DNA from: an uncultured Methanomicrobia archaeon
Lineage (GTDB): Archaea > Halobacteriota > Bog-38 > Methanoflorentales > Methanoflorentaceae
DNA length: 44,221 nucleotides
NCBI GenBank assembly: GCA_964355295.1
Contig: CAYHCZ010000004.1
Location: forward strand, 1 to 44,221
Direction: 5' to 3'
Below, piece after piece: positions 10,752 to 20,405 of this stretch. Each line of letters begins with the position of its first letter. The first letter of the stretch is position 1. The notes under the pieces were generated by a model. The model ran no database searches and was not told the DNA's origin. It saw only the letters and a list, made by a program, of their open reading frames with translations. Made by a program: the position numbers and the translations under genes.

Positions 10752-11036
10752 TTATTCAGTACACGACTCAGCTGCTTTGTTCAGGTCCGCTTCGAGAATT
10801 TCAGGGCGCGTTACGCCGATATAATGCTCGATAATCTTTCCGTTACATTCGAGTATGAGGGTCGGGACGACACGGATCCCATATTTATTTGCGAGCTGCA
10901 AGTTATCATCCACATTGATCTTCTTAAATTCTATTTTGTCTCCAAGCTTTTCCTGGAGCTTTTCTAGTATGGGGTCTTGTATCTTACACGGTCCGCACCA
11001 ATCAGCATAAAAATCCATTAATATAGGTTTTGCCAT
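10752..11036 (-). CDS. trxA: Thioredoxin
   Basis: WCGPCK active site and thioredoxin fold length. Start placed at ATG 11036 (MAKPILMDFYADWCGPCK), which has GAGG upstream. The ORF-track start at 11102 adds 22 unlikely residues. Confidence 0.85.
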   Translation of the reverse strand: MAKPILMDFYADWCGPCKIQDPILEKLQEKLGDKIEFKKINVDDNLQLANKYGIRVVPTLILECNGKIIEHYIGVTRPEILEADLNKAAESCTE

Positions 11037-11111
11037 AACGATGTTCCTCGCTATTCCTCTTGTTGAAGGTGCATATATATGGTTTTGCCTAGCTGAACCC
11101 ACCTATACTTT

Positions 11112-11594
11112 TCAATTCTTAAATCGTTTAATCTCTTCAACAACTAGCTTTATCACGGCGTCAATAGCAGCCTCAACTCGAGGTGAAAGGTCTGTGTAAA
11201 TCCCTTCGACTCGTTCAACTTCTATACCAATTATGGTGATATTTTTCGGCATGAGCTCCGGCTGAATCTCTCGACCTAAACGAAGCGTATCAACAAGACT
11301 TAGATCGTGTAACGACATCATAAAGAGGTTTGCAGGGGGCAGCTCTTTGTCTGTGAATTTGTAGATCGACCCTGGCTCCCCCCCACCCCTGCAAACAGCA
11401 TCGATGATGATCACATAGTCTGCATCTTCCATGTAATCGAGAATCGCAAGGCCACCAACGCCAACATTCTCCAATTCAACGTCGCTCAGGTTCATCTGTT
11501 TGAGCTTTTCGAGAACATGGATACCTACTCCATCGTCCGCCATTAGATAATTGCCTGCACCGAGTATTTTGATCACTTGATGTCCGCCTTTCAC
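11112..11594 (-). CDS. [NiFe]-hydrogenase maturation endopeptidase (HycI/HyaD/FrhD family)
   Basis: 160 aa. N-terminal ILGAGNYLMADDGVGIHVLEKL matches the GxGNxLxxDDGxG motif of this family. The start could also be the GTG at 11576. Confidence 0.8.
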   Translation of the reverse strand: MKGGHQVIKILGAGNYLMADDGVGIHVLEKLKQMNLSDVELENVGVGGLAILDYMEDADYVIIIDAVCRGGGEPGSIYKFTDKELPPANLFMMSLHDLSLVDTLRLGREIQPELMPKNITIIGIEVERVEGIYTDLSPRVEAAIDAVIKLVVEEIKRFKN

Positions 11595-11749
11595 TACATC
11601 ACCACAGCGTCGGTTCCGTTCATAGTTGGCTTCTTTAACTTTCTCTGAGGCTTAAGTATTTTCCGCCAAGTATTAAAATAGGCTAAACCATATACTGACA
11701 GCGGAAGTGCAAGCAGAACTTGTAAAAAGCGATCAGGAACGGTAAAGCC

Positions 11750-12259
11750 GTGGAAATAACCTCAAAGACATCAGAACAGCGTAACCACAGAATCTCAAAG
11801 GACGAGTATTATATGGCTCTCGCGCAGACGGTATCGTTGCGTTCCACGTGCATGCGACGCCAGTACGGCGCAATTATCGTTTCAACTGGTGATCACATAT
11901 TATCAACTGGATACAATGGGGCCGCACGTAATGAACCACATTGTCTGAACATCGGATGTGAACGAGATCGTTTAAAGGTGCCTAAGGGCGAACGATACGA
12001 GCTCTGCGTTAGCGTCCATGCCGAGGCAAACGCGATAATACAAGCTGCTCGAGGAGGGGCTTCCATCAGTGGCGCAACGCTTTATGTTAATGGAACCCCT
12101 TGCAAGATGTGCTGGCGGCTCATTAAGAACGCTGGAATCGATGAGGTTGTGTTTGTTGAAGATAATCCCGAATCGGATGATTTCGGCGACGTGATGCACA
12201 TACGAGCACAGGATATAACGCTTGCAGAGATGCACGCCGCAAAACGCGAAGAGTGTTAG
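11750..12259 (+). CDS. dCMP deaminase (ComEB/CMP-dCMP deaminase family)
   Basis: 169 aa with the zinc-binding motifs HAEANAI and PCKMCWRLI. GTG start. Confidence 0.85.
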   Translation: MEITSKTSEQRNHRISKDEYYMALAQTVSLRSTCMRRQYGAIIVSTGDHILSTGYNGAARNEPHCLNIGCERDRLKVPKGERYELCVSVHAEANAIIQAARGGASISGATLYVNGTPCKMCWRLIKNAGIDEVVFVEDNPESDDFGDVMHIRAQDITLAEMHAAKREEC

Positions 12260-12365
12260 CATCTGTAATGTAGTGATCTCTTGAAGTGTGCACGCCGAGT
12301 TTACAAAATTAGATTAAACAGGACACCAAAACGTAGGAAAACACTGATCGGATCGACAACAATTC

Positions 12366-14175
12366 ATGCGGCATAGCAGTCGCAAGTATCTTTTAGGAAA
12401 TGAAGCAATCGCGTATGGCTTATTGGAGGCTGGTGTTTCGGTTGTATCTGGATATCCAGGAACGCCATCTTCTGAGATCATTCCTTTTATAGCTCGAAAT
12501 GTCGAGAACTATGACAAACCACCACACGTCGAGTGGTCGGTCAACGAGAAGGTAGCTCTCGAAGTCGCAGCTGGCGCTGCATACTGTAACGTGCGGGCAG
12601 CCGTCGTAATGAAACACGTGGGCCTCAATGTGGCAGCCGACCCGCTTATGACGCTGGCGTATACCGGCGTCAAGGGCGGACTTGTGCTTATTGTTGCTGA
12701 CGATCCGGGCTGCTATTCCTCTCAAAATGAGCAAGACTCGCGCAGGTATGCGTACTTTGCCAAAATCCCATGCCTTGATCCATCAACGCCGCAAGAAGCA
12801 TATTAATTTACAAAATACGCGTTCAAGTTGTCAGAACAATTTGAGATCCCAGTCATACTACGTCCGACTACTCGCGTTTCACACGCACGAGCATCCGTCA
12901 TATTAAGTGGTCAATATAGCGATCAACGCCAAGCGCACTTTGAAAAAAAACCCGAGAGGTGGGTTATGGTCCCGGCTCACGCGCGCTTGCGACACGTGGA
13001 GCTAAACAAACTCTAACCGCTTCTCCGTTTTGAGCTCGCTTCCTTAAGCAGTCTAACGCTTAAGAAGTCTGAGCTTGGCGTTGTAACTTGCGGCGTGGCC
13101 GCAAAATACGTTGAGGAGGCGGTAATAAAGTTGCAGCTAGAGCCTTCCATGTTACGAATAGCCGCTTATCCTATGAATGAAGATGACATTGTGGCTTTAA
13201 TCAACAGCTCACGCAAGATTTTAGTCGTCGAAGAGCTTGAACCCGTTATTGAAGAGAAGGTCAACGAACTTGCGGGCACTGTTAAGGTGCTTGGAAAGCT
13301 CACCGGACACGTGCCACGGGAAGGTGAATTGACGGTGAACGTGGTGTTAAATGGGTTAGGCCAGGCGATCGGCCGATTCGTTGCAACAAACGTTCCAGCA
13401 GAATTGATCGCTGCAGAGCATTTGCTCCCCACCAGGCCACCCACGCTCTGTGCCGGATGCCCTCATCGCGCGACGTTTTACTCGTTGAAGAAAGTATTCA
13501 AGAAGTCTGCGATCTTCGTGGGGGATATAGGATGTTATACGCTGGGCGTAAGTCAGGGCACGATCGACACCACACTTTGTATGGGCGCAAGCGTAAGCAT
13601 GGGGGAGCGGATTCGCTGCTGCGTGCGGGGATAGAGAAATAGTGAGCATTATTGGTGACTCCACCTTTGTGCCCACAGGCGTTCCAGGGTTGATTAACGC
13701 AGTTTACAACGGAGCGAGGATGACGCTTGTTATTTTGGATAACAATACAACTGCAATGACGGGCCATCAGCCCCATCCGTGTACTGGTGAAACAGCAACG
13801 GGCACGTGCAACTTCCAGACGCCTATGGAAGACCTGATAAAAGCCGTTGGCGTTCAGGGGCTCTACGTTGTTGATCCCTACAACTTATCCGAGACTGAAG
13901 AAGCTTTCGTCAAAGCTAAGAACGGCGACGGCGTTCAAGTTGTCATCGCTAGGCGTCCATGTATAATCAGCGCAAAGAAAGCAGCAGCACTTTCAAAGAC
14001 GAAAAAACGAGTTACTTCGAAATGTAAGAACTATTTTGCGAGTTGTAAGCTTTGTGGCACGCTCGTTTGCCCATCGATTAGCTATAGTGACTCGTGCGCC
14101 CACATTACGGAAGATTGCATTGGTTGTGGCGTATGTGAGCAGATCTGCGAATTTGACGCGATTAAAACGGCTTAA
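12366..14175 (+). pseudogene. iorA: Indolepyruvate:ferredoxin oxidoreductase alpha subunit, disrupted
   Basis: The ORF-track fragments 12366-12806, 12828-13016, 13095-13634 and 13642-14175 are one IorA: GYPGTPSSEI, IPVILRPTTRVSHARA, CAGCPHRATFY, IGDSTF..GLINAVYNG..LDNNTTAMTGHQPHP and a C-terminal Cys cluster. In-frame TAA at 12804-12806 and 13014-13016. One extra G in the G5 run 13601-13605 shifts the frame. Confidence 0.85.
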
Positions 14176-14184
14176 GAATGCACT

Positions 14185-14756
14185 ATGACAAGAGATGAGA
14201 AATTTGACTTCATCATTGTGGGTGTTGGCGGCCAAGGTTCCATCTTTGCCTCAGGAGTAATAGGCGAAACAGCGTTACGTGAAGGCTATGAGGTGACTTC
14301 TGCAGAAACGCATGGAATGGCACAACGAGGGGGGACTGTTGAGGTTCACGTTCGCATAGGCTCATCGTACGGACCGTTGATTCCACTACGAAGTGCAGAC
14401 GCCATAGTTGGGATGGAGCCCGCGGAATGCCTGCGATTCGGACGGTATCTATCGCCCAAAGGTACCGCGATTATTAACACACATGTCGTACCAGCTGGTA
14501 GTAGAGCCTATCCACCTGTAGCAGATTTGATCCATGCACTTACTGCTGCATGTGGGCGCGTTATTGCGTACGATGCGACATACCTTGCACTTGAGGCAGG
14601 GCACCCGAGACGCTTAACGTCGTAATGCTTGGTACAGTGGCACACTTGCTACCCCTTTCTACGTTGGAAGACGTCATTGCGGAGTTTGTTCCGAATAAAG
14701 CGCTTGAAGCTAACGTAAGAGCGTTTAAGCTCGGAAAAAATGTGTTCAAGGCGTGA
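14185..14756 (+). pseudogene. iorB: Indolepyruvate:ferredoxin oxidoreductase beta subunit, frameshifted
   Basis: N-terminus FDFIIVGVGGQGSIFAS. The frame is lost near 14608-14612. The conserved tail TLNVVMLGTVAHLLPLSTLEDVIAEFVPNKALEANVRAFKLGKNVFKA continues in the -1 frame to TGA at 14754-14756. Confidence 0.8.
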
Positions 14757-14765
14757 TCTGCCCGT

Positions 14766-14834
14766 TTCGCTAATCTTAAGATCAGCGAATGGAAGGCTGT
14801 TAGAGCACGTTCGCTTTTTAAAAGCAGTTTTTTT
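14766..14834 (+). terminator. Hairpin plus T-runs downstream of iorB
   Basis: ttcgct (14766-14771) pairs with agcgaa (14784-14789). A T5 run follows at 14815-14819 and a T7 run at 14828-14834. Oligo-T tracts are the usual archaeal termination signal. Confidence 0.4.
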
Positions 14835-14910
14835 CACTTTAAATGAACATAAAAACCGCAGTTGAAACAATGAGTAAAACATATCAGCCAGAAGCTGCAT
14901 CTACAAAAAG

Positions 14911-16278
14911 ATGACAAAACTGTGTCCTAAGTGCGGGGCTGTCAATCCTAAAGACTTAGAGACATGTTGTGAATGTGGAACTCAAATAATTAAAACTGGA
15001 TTGGACATTGTCGAAGAAGCACTGCTGCTTAGACAACAAGGAAAGACAGTAGAAGCTTTGGATCGACTCAGAGAGGCTCTCAAACAAGAACCTTCAAACG
15101 CTGATGCCCTATTTATGTTTGGGTCTTTGACAGAGGAGATGGGTGACAGCGATAGGGCGCTTAAGTGTTACAACCAGGCCTTAGAAGCAAACCCAAAGCA
15201 CGCAGCTGCTCTAGTTGCGAAAGGAAATATTCTCCGTGATTTAGGAGAAGTTGAAACCGCTTTACGTTTGTTTGACGCAGCGATAGCAAGCAACGACCAT
15301 TATGCGGTAGCTTACAATGCTAAAGGGTACTTGTTCCAAAAAGAGGGTTTGTACGAACAAGCACTTGATTGCTACAACAAGGCACAAGAGATCGACCCCG
15401 CGTTTGATTTACCGTGGTTCAACATGGGCGTCTGCTACGCGCTCATGAATGACAATGAAAAAGCAGAAGGAATGTTTGAGAGGGCCCTTTTGCTTGAGGC
15501 CAACAATGCTGATGCTTGGTTCTACCGAGCAAATGCACTTGCTAACTTAGAACGTTATGATGACGCAGTTATCAATTACGATAAAGGTCTCGCGATAAAC
15601 GATGCTCGCGCTTCCGCCTGGGATGGTCGGGGACTCGCTCTCGCGAGCCTATACAAGTGGTTCGACGCCTTAGAGAGTTTTGAAAAAGCACTCAATCTTA
15701 ATCCAGATTATTTTATCTCTTATAACAACAAAGGTTATGTCTATTATAATCTGCAAAAATTCGACGAAGCGCTTGAAAACTTCGATAGAGCTCTCGAGAT
15801 TAGTCCTGACTATATTCTTGCGTGGATAAACAAGGGCCTCGCGCTCGATAGTCTCAACCGCTTCAACGAAGCAATCACGTGTTTGGACAGAGCGTTCGAC
15901 TTGGACCCTGAGAACTTCTGGGCGCTTAATAGAAAAGGGTTCATCTTGTTTAGTGCCGACCGATATGAAGAAGCGATTGCTGTTTTTGATAAGGTGCTTG
16001 ACATAAATTCCGACGATACTTATGCACTTTCTTTTAAGGGCAGCTCGTACGACGGCTTAGACAATTTTGAAGCTGCCATCGCGTCTTTCGATCGTGTATT
16101 GGAGATTGACGAAAACGATGAGTTCGCGTGGACGTCAAAAGGCAGCGCCCTTTACAGCCTTAAACGCTATGATGAAGCGCTATCCTGTTTTGATCGTGCG
16201 CTAGAAATAGACCCGCAAAGTCTTGAAGCAGTACAGTTCAAGGAACTTATTTCACAAAAGCGTGAAGGTTCTCAATAA
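14911..16278 (+). CDS. TPR-repeat protein with N-terminal zinc ribbon
   Basis: 455 aa. N-terminus CPKCGAVN...CCECG, then about 12 tandem 34-residue TPR units with recurring A..YN.G......Y.EAL..FD.AL.I.P. Intact. Confidence 0.85.
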   Translation: MTKLCPKCGAVNPKDLETCCECGTQIIKTGLDIVEEALLLRQQGKTVEALDRLREALKQEPSNADALFMFGSLTEEMGDSDRALKCYNQALEANPKHAAALVAKGNILRDLGEVETALRLFDAAIASNDHYAVAYNAKGYLFQKEGLYEQALDCYNKAQEIDPAFDLPWFNMGVCYALMNDNEKAEGMFERALLLEANNADAWFYRANALANLERYDDAVINYDKGLAINDARASAWDGRGLALASLYKWFDALESFEKALNLNPDYFISYNNKGYVYYNLQKFDEALENFDRALEISPDYILAWINKGLALDSLNRFNEAITCLDRAFDLDPENFWALNRKGFILFSADRYEEAIAVFDKVLDINSDDTYALSFKGSSYDGLDNFEAAIASFDRVLEIDENDEFAWTSKGSALYSLKRYDEALSCFDRALEIDPQSLEAVQFKELISQKREGSQ

Positions 16279-16319
16279 AAAGCTTATTACAATAGCTGTT
16301 ACGCTATAGGAAAGCTTAT

Positions 16320-17643
16320 ATGAACAGCTAAGGAGAACGACGCGAATTCTGGCAACCGACAGAAGAGACTATGCCAATTGAGAAGCTTGAGAAGCTTCAG
16401 GGTATCCGTCTTAGAAACACTGTTGAGCGGGTCTATGAACGTGTCCCGTTCTACCACAAAAAACTTGAAGAACTCGGCGTCACGCCCTTAGGTATCATTA
16501 AGCGGGATGATGTGGAAAAGCTTCCCTTCACAAGAAAGACTGACTTGCGTAATCACTTTCCTTTTGGCCTCTTTGCTGTGCCATACGAGCAAGTAATTAG
16601 AATTCACGCGTCAAGTGGAACGAGCGCCCCCCCACTGTTGTCGGTTATACTGCGCGCGATATCACTAATTGGGCAAACATGATGGCACGGTGCCTCACTA
16701 TGGTAGGCATTAATTCCGCTGAAGTTTTTTAAAACGCGGTCAGCTACGGCATGTTTACTGGTGGTCTTGGAATGCATTACGGCGCAGAGCTTGTCGGAGC
16801 AATGGTGATTCCTAGCGGCACAGGTGGGACTATAAAACAGATTGAAATGATGAGGAACTATGCTGTGACGGCAGTACACGCGACGCCCTCGTATGCACTT
16901 TATTTAGCTGAAGCGACTAAAGAGCTAGGCCTTGATCCGACGCGTGACTTGCCACTTAAGACTGGCTGCTTTGGTGCTGAGCCGTGGTCATACAACATAC
17001 GCCCCATTCTAGAACGGGAGCTTGGGGTAAAGGCGTATGATTCTTATGGGCTTTCAGAACTAAATGGGCCGGGAGTCGCCTTTGAATGTAAGGAACAGGA
17101 TGGACTGCATTTTTGAAGCGACCATTTCATAGTCGAAGTTGTAAAACCAGACGGGACACCATGTAAGGAAGGCGAACGAGGTGAGTTGGTTCTCACGTCG
17201 CTCACTAAAGAAGCGATTCCACTCTTACGGTACCGCACTGGAGATATCACGTACATAAAAGGGTCAGATTATGCGTGCGGAAGAACGAGCGTTCGAACAG
17301 CAAAAATATTCGGCAGAGTCGACGACATACTCGTTATACGGGGCATAAACGTGTTTCCGAGCTAAATAGAACACATTCTTATGTTTCTCCCCGAAGTAGG
17401 GACTCATTTCCAAATAGTTGTTCAGCGGGTCAAACACCTTGACGAATTGACGGTACAATGTGACTCGAACAAGAGTACTTCACAGGTGACGTTGACGACT
17501 TGCGTCGCATTATACAAAAGGTGGAAAGAGCGTTGAAGGATACACTCAACGTGAGAACAAAGGTTGAGCTCGTAGAGCGAGGGACAATAGAACGGACTTA
17601 AGGCAAGTCAAAAAAGGTGTTAGATTTACGAGGTGCTTTATAG
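16320..17643 (+). pseudogene. paaK: Phenylacetate-CoA ligase family (COG1541, PaaK/F390-synthetase-like), heavily disrupted
   Basis: Stitched translation: FWQPTEETMPIEKL, HASSGTS, PPTVVGYTARDITNWANMMARC, YGMFTGGLGMHYGAE, VHATPSYALYLAE, LRYRTGDIT, RVDDILVIRGINVFPS, GKSKKVLDLR. In-frame stops lie at 16329 (TAA, if ATG 16320 was the original start), 16730 (TAA), 17114 (TGA), 17363 (TAA) and 17599 (TAA). Frameshifts lie at the C7 run 16627-16633 and near 17459-17463. Confidence 0.85.
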
Positions 17644-17660
17644 CTGTCACGCGGCAGCTA

Positions 17661-18779
17661 TCACGTCACCACCTGCTCTTTGATTATTTGAAACGCGCGG
17701 TCGATGGCCTGTTGACTTGCCGCATATGAGATTCGTACGTGCCCCTCTCCAAAGCGCCCGAACGCCGGCCCCGCTACGACGATTACACCCTCTCTTGCTA
17801 ACTTCTTCGTGAAGTCGAGGCTCGTGTCAGACGTGAAAAACCGAGGAAAAACGTAAAAAGCCCCTTCAGGAGTCACGCATTCAGCTATTCCTTTAAGGTG
17901 CTTCATTACGGCATTGCGTCGTGTCCTGAATTCGTCAACCATCGATTTGACGCTTTCCTGAGGGCCGTTTAATGCAGCATAAGCTGCTTTTTGTGAAATA
18001 GAAGGCGCACATGCTTGAATGTACTGGTGCACCTTCAACATCTCATCGACAATAGTGTCAGGAGCGATTGCGTACCCAAGTCGCCACCCTGTCATTGCAT
18101 AGGTCTTTGATACTGAATTTATGACGATGACGCGGTCAGAATCGATGCTTCCAGCGCTTACGTGTTCTCCGACATAGTGTATTTTATCATATACTTCATC
18201 GGATATTATGTGAAAATCGTGGTCGGTGGCTAGTTCGACAAAAGCCTTCAGTTCATCATATCGCTGCACCGCACCAGTGGGGTTTGCAGGTGAGTTTATA
18301 ACAAGAACTTTTGTCTTAGCTGTGATACAATCTGTAACGGTGCTTGGTTGCAGCCTAAAATCGTCATCAGCTGTTATCCTCGCACTTACCGGAACGCCTC
18401 CAGCAACGCGTGTGAGCGGCGAATACGCAACAAATCCAGGATCGGGGATTATGACCTCATCACCCGGATTGACTAAGGCTTCGAACGCTAAATGTAGAGC
18501 TTCACTGGCACCTGATGTGCATATAATCTGTTCTTGGCCAGCGTGAACTCCGTATTGTTCGTAATAGCGTGCGATAGCATCAAGTAGTTCAGGAAAACCC
18601 TTGTTAGGGGTGTAGCCAGTGAAGCCCGCGTCTAGCGCCTCTTTTGCCGCTTCTTTTATGTGCACAGGGGTGTCAAAGTCCGGCTGTCCGAGGCCTAGGT
18701 TTATTGCGTTTGGCTTGGTCAGTGCAAACATCTCTCGAATTCCCGAAAGAGAGATATGAGAAGTGCGTTCTGCCCACAT
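17661..18779 (-). CDS. PLP-dependent aminotransferase class I/II (aspartate/aromatic type)
   Basis: 372 aa. SVSKTYAMTGWRLGY pyridoxal-lysine block, NSPANPTG and the GLGQPDF N-terminal motif. Confidence 0.9.
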   Translation of the reverse strand: MWAERTSHISLSGIREMFALTKPNAINLGLGQPDFDTPVHIKEAAKEALDAGFTGYTPNKGFPELLDAIARYYEQYGVHAGQEQIICTSGASEALHLAFEALVNPGDEVIIPDPGFVAYSPLTRVAGGVPVSARITADDDFRLQPSTVTDCITAKTKVLVINSPANPTGAVQRYDELKAFVELATDHDFHIISDEVYDKIHYVGEHVSAGSIDSDRVIVINSVSKTYAMTGWRLGYAIAPDTIVDEMLKVHQYIQACAPSISQKAAYAALNGPQESVKSMVDEFRTRRNAVMKHLKGIAECVTPEGAFYVFPRFFTSDTSLDFTKKLAREGVIVVAGPAFGRFGEGHVRISYAASQQAIDRAFQIIKEQVVT

Positions 18780-19041
18780 AAAAGTAGCTCCAAAACCTCA
18801 ATCTAACGAACTATTATCTAGATGGCAATTCTATGCGCTGCATCGCTATAAACATGTTTGGTGATAGCTTGGCGCTTCGAACGAGCTGGAATTAAGAACA
18901 TGTCAATTGAACTCGCTATGAGGGGATATAGTTCTTAACTCGGACGTTCAAAGGCTTAAAAAATAGCTCTTTTGTTTCCGCTGATCGGTTCAAGAGCGCA
19001 GTTCAATAGGTTTAAGTCAGTCGGCCTCCATATACAGCCTG

Positions 19042-20280
19042 ATGCTGCGCAACCGGCTTGGCCTTACGTTTGTTAGCACGTTTCCACCTCGAGAATGTGG
19101 CATAGCTACTTTTACACAAGACCTGCTTTTTAATCTCATCAACGAGAATCCAGAAATCAAGGCAAATGTATGCGCCATCGATGGAAACAAGGACTCGAGT
19201 GCTTATGGATGTTTGAGTCCCCTTATCTATCCAAAAGCGAGGGTAGCTTATGTAATCAAAGACACTGATCCTATCAGCTTCGTTGAGGCAGCACAGAAAA
19301 TTAACGCATCGCGTACCGACGTGGTAAACATACAACACGAATATGGACTGTATGGTGGATCATGGGGCCGGTATATCCTTGATTTCATGGACGTCCTTGA
19401 AAAACCGATCGTAACTACGCTACATACAGTCTTGCCGAAGCCGCCGGAAGAAGCCAAAACGGTAACACGCGAGATATATCGTCTTTCGGCAGAAGTCGTT
19501 GTGCCGGGACAAGTTGGCGTCGACATCTTGAAAAAAGCATTTGGTGTTGGGCCTGAAAAAGTAAAGGTCATTCCTCACGGCGTTCCAGACGTCCCGTTTA
19601 TCAGTACGGAGCGGCCTAAGAAGAAGCTTGGTTTTTCTCGCAGGTTTGTATTAGGATCATTTGGATTGCTTCACCCGGCAAAGGGCATCGAGTTCGTACT
19701 TGAAGCGCTACCCAAGGTGATCGCCGATAATCCCGCGATGAACGTCCTCTATTTAATCGTTGGAGAGACTCATCCAAACGTTGTGAAGAACGAAGGAGAA
19801 AGTTATCGCACTCGTTTAAAGGAGATTATTGCCAATTTAGAGATAGAGAACAACGTAAAATTTGTCGACAGATACCTCACCAATCGGAACCTGATCTTAC
19901 ACTTTCTCGCGACGGATATCTGCGTGCTGCCTTATGTCGCAAGGGATCAGATCGTAAGTGGTGTGCTCTCACAGGCTGTCGGTTGTGGAAAGGCCATTAT
20001 AGCAACACCATACCTACATGCACTAGATGCGTTGGCTGATGAGCGAGGCGTGATTCTTGAATCAAACTCTCCATATGAAATTGCAGAAGCAATAACCACA
20101 TTGATGCGTAACGATCGTCTGAGAAAGGAGATGGAGATTAGGACGTATATGTATGGACGCTCAATCACGTGGAAAGAAGTAGCGAGAAGATATAGAGAAC
20201 TCTGTACTACGCATATTGTCCAACGAGGGTACAGCAAAACTGACTTCCCATCGTACAAGCGCGATGCCGGTGCCTTGTAA
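19042..20280 (+). CDS. Glycosyltransferase, GT-B fold (GT4-like)
   Basis: 412 aa. N-terminus FVSTFPPRECGIATFTQDL and a C-terminal GT1/GT4 domain (VLPYVARDQIVSGVLSQAVGCGKAIIATP). Confidence 0.8.
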   Translation: MLRNRLGLTFVSTFPPRECGIATFTQDLLFNLINENPEIKANVCAIDGNKDSSAYGCLSPLIYPKARVAYVIKDTDPISFVEAAQKINASRTDVVNIQHEYGLYGGSWGRYILDFMDVLEKPIVTTLHTVLPKPPEEAKTVTREIYRLSAEVVVPGQVGVDILKKAFGVGPEKVKVIPHGVPDVPFISTERPKKKLGFSRRFVLGSFGLLHPAKGIEFVLEALPKVIADNPAMNVLYLIVGETHPNVVKNEGESYRTRLKEIIANLEIENNVKFVDRYLTNRNLILHFLATDICVLPYVARDQIVSGVLSQAVGCGKAIIATPYLHALDALADERGVILESNSPYEIAEAITTLMRNDRLRKEMEIRTYMYGRSITWKEVARRYRELCTTHIVQRGYSKTDFPSYKRDAGAL

Positions 20281-20405
20281 ATAGAACTGCGATTCTGGCT
20301 AAACAGGAGTAATTTGTAACTTCGCACATGTAAGACGCAAGTTTTAAAAGGTCATTAACGCAACTTGCGTGCACTTTTAGCTCAGAGGGGCCTTGCTAGT
20401 CGGAG

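Noticed and set aside
14843-14914. 23-codon upstream ORF whose TGA overlaps the ATG of the TPR gene (ATGA)
   Set aside because: No Shine-Dalgarno site. It lies in an A-rich leader where short ORFs arise by chance. Nothing suggests function without conservation data.
12804-17601. Stop-codon reassignment (TAA read as Gln, TGA read as Trp) as an explanation for the in-frame stops in iorA and paaK
   Set aside because: Intact neighbouring genes such as purL, rpl12, the GT4 gene and gatD terminate at TAA or TGA at the expected protein lengths. The same genes also carry true frameshifts. One TAA aligns with Glu rather than Gln. Ordinary nonsense mutations in decaying genes explain everything.
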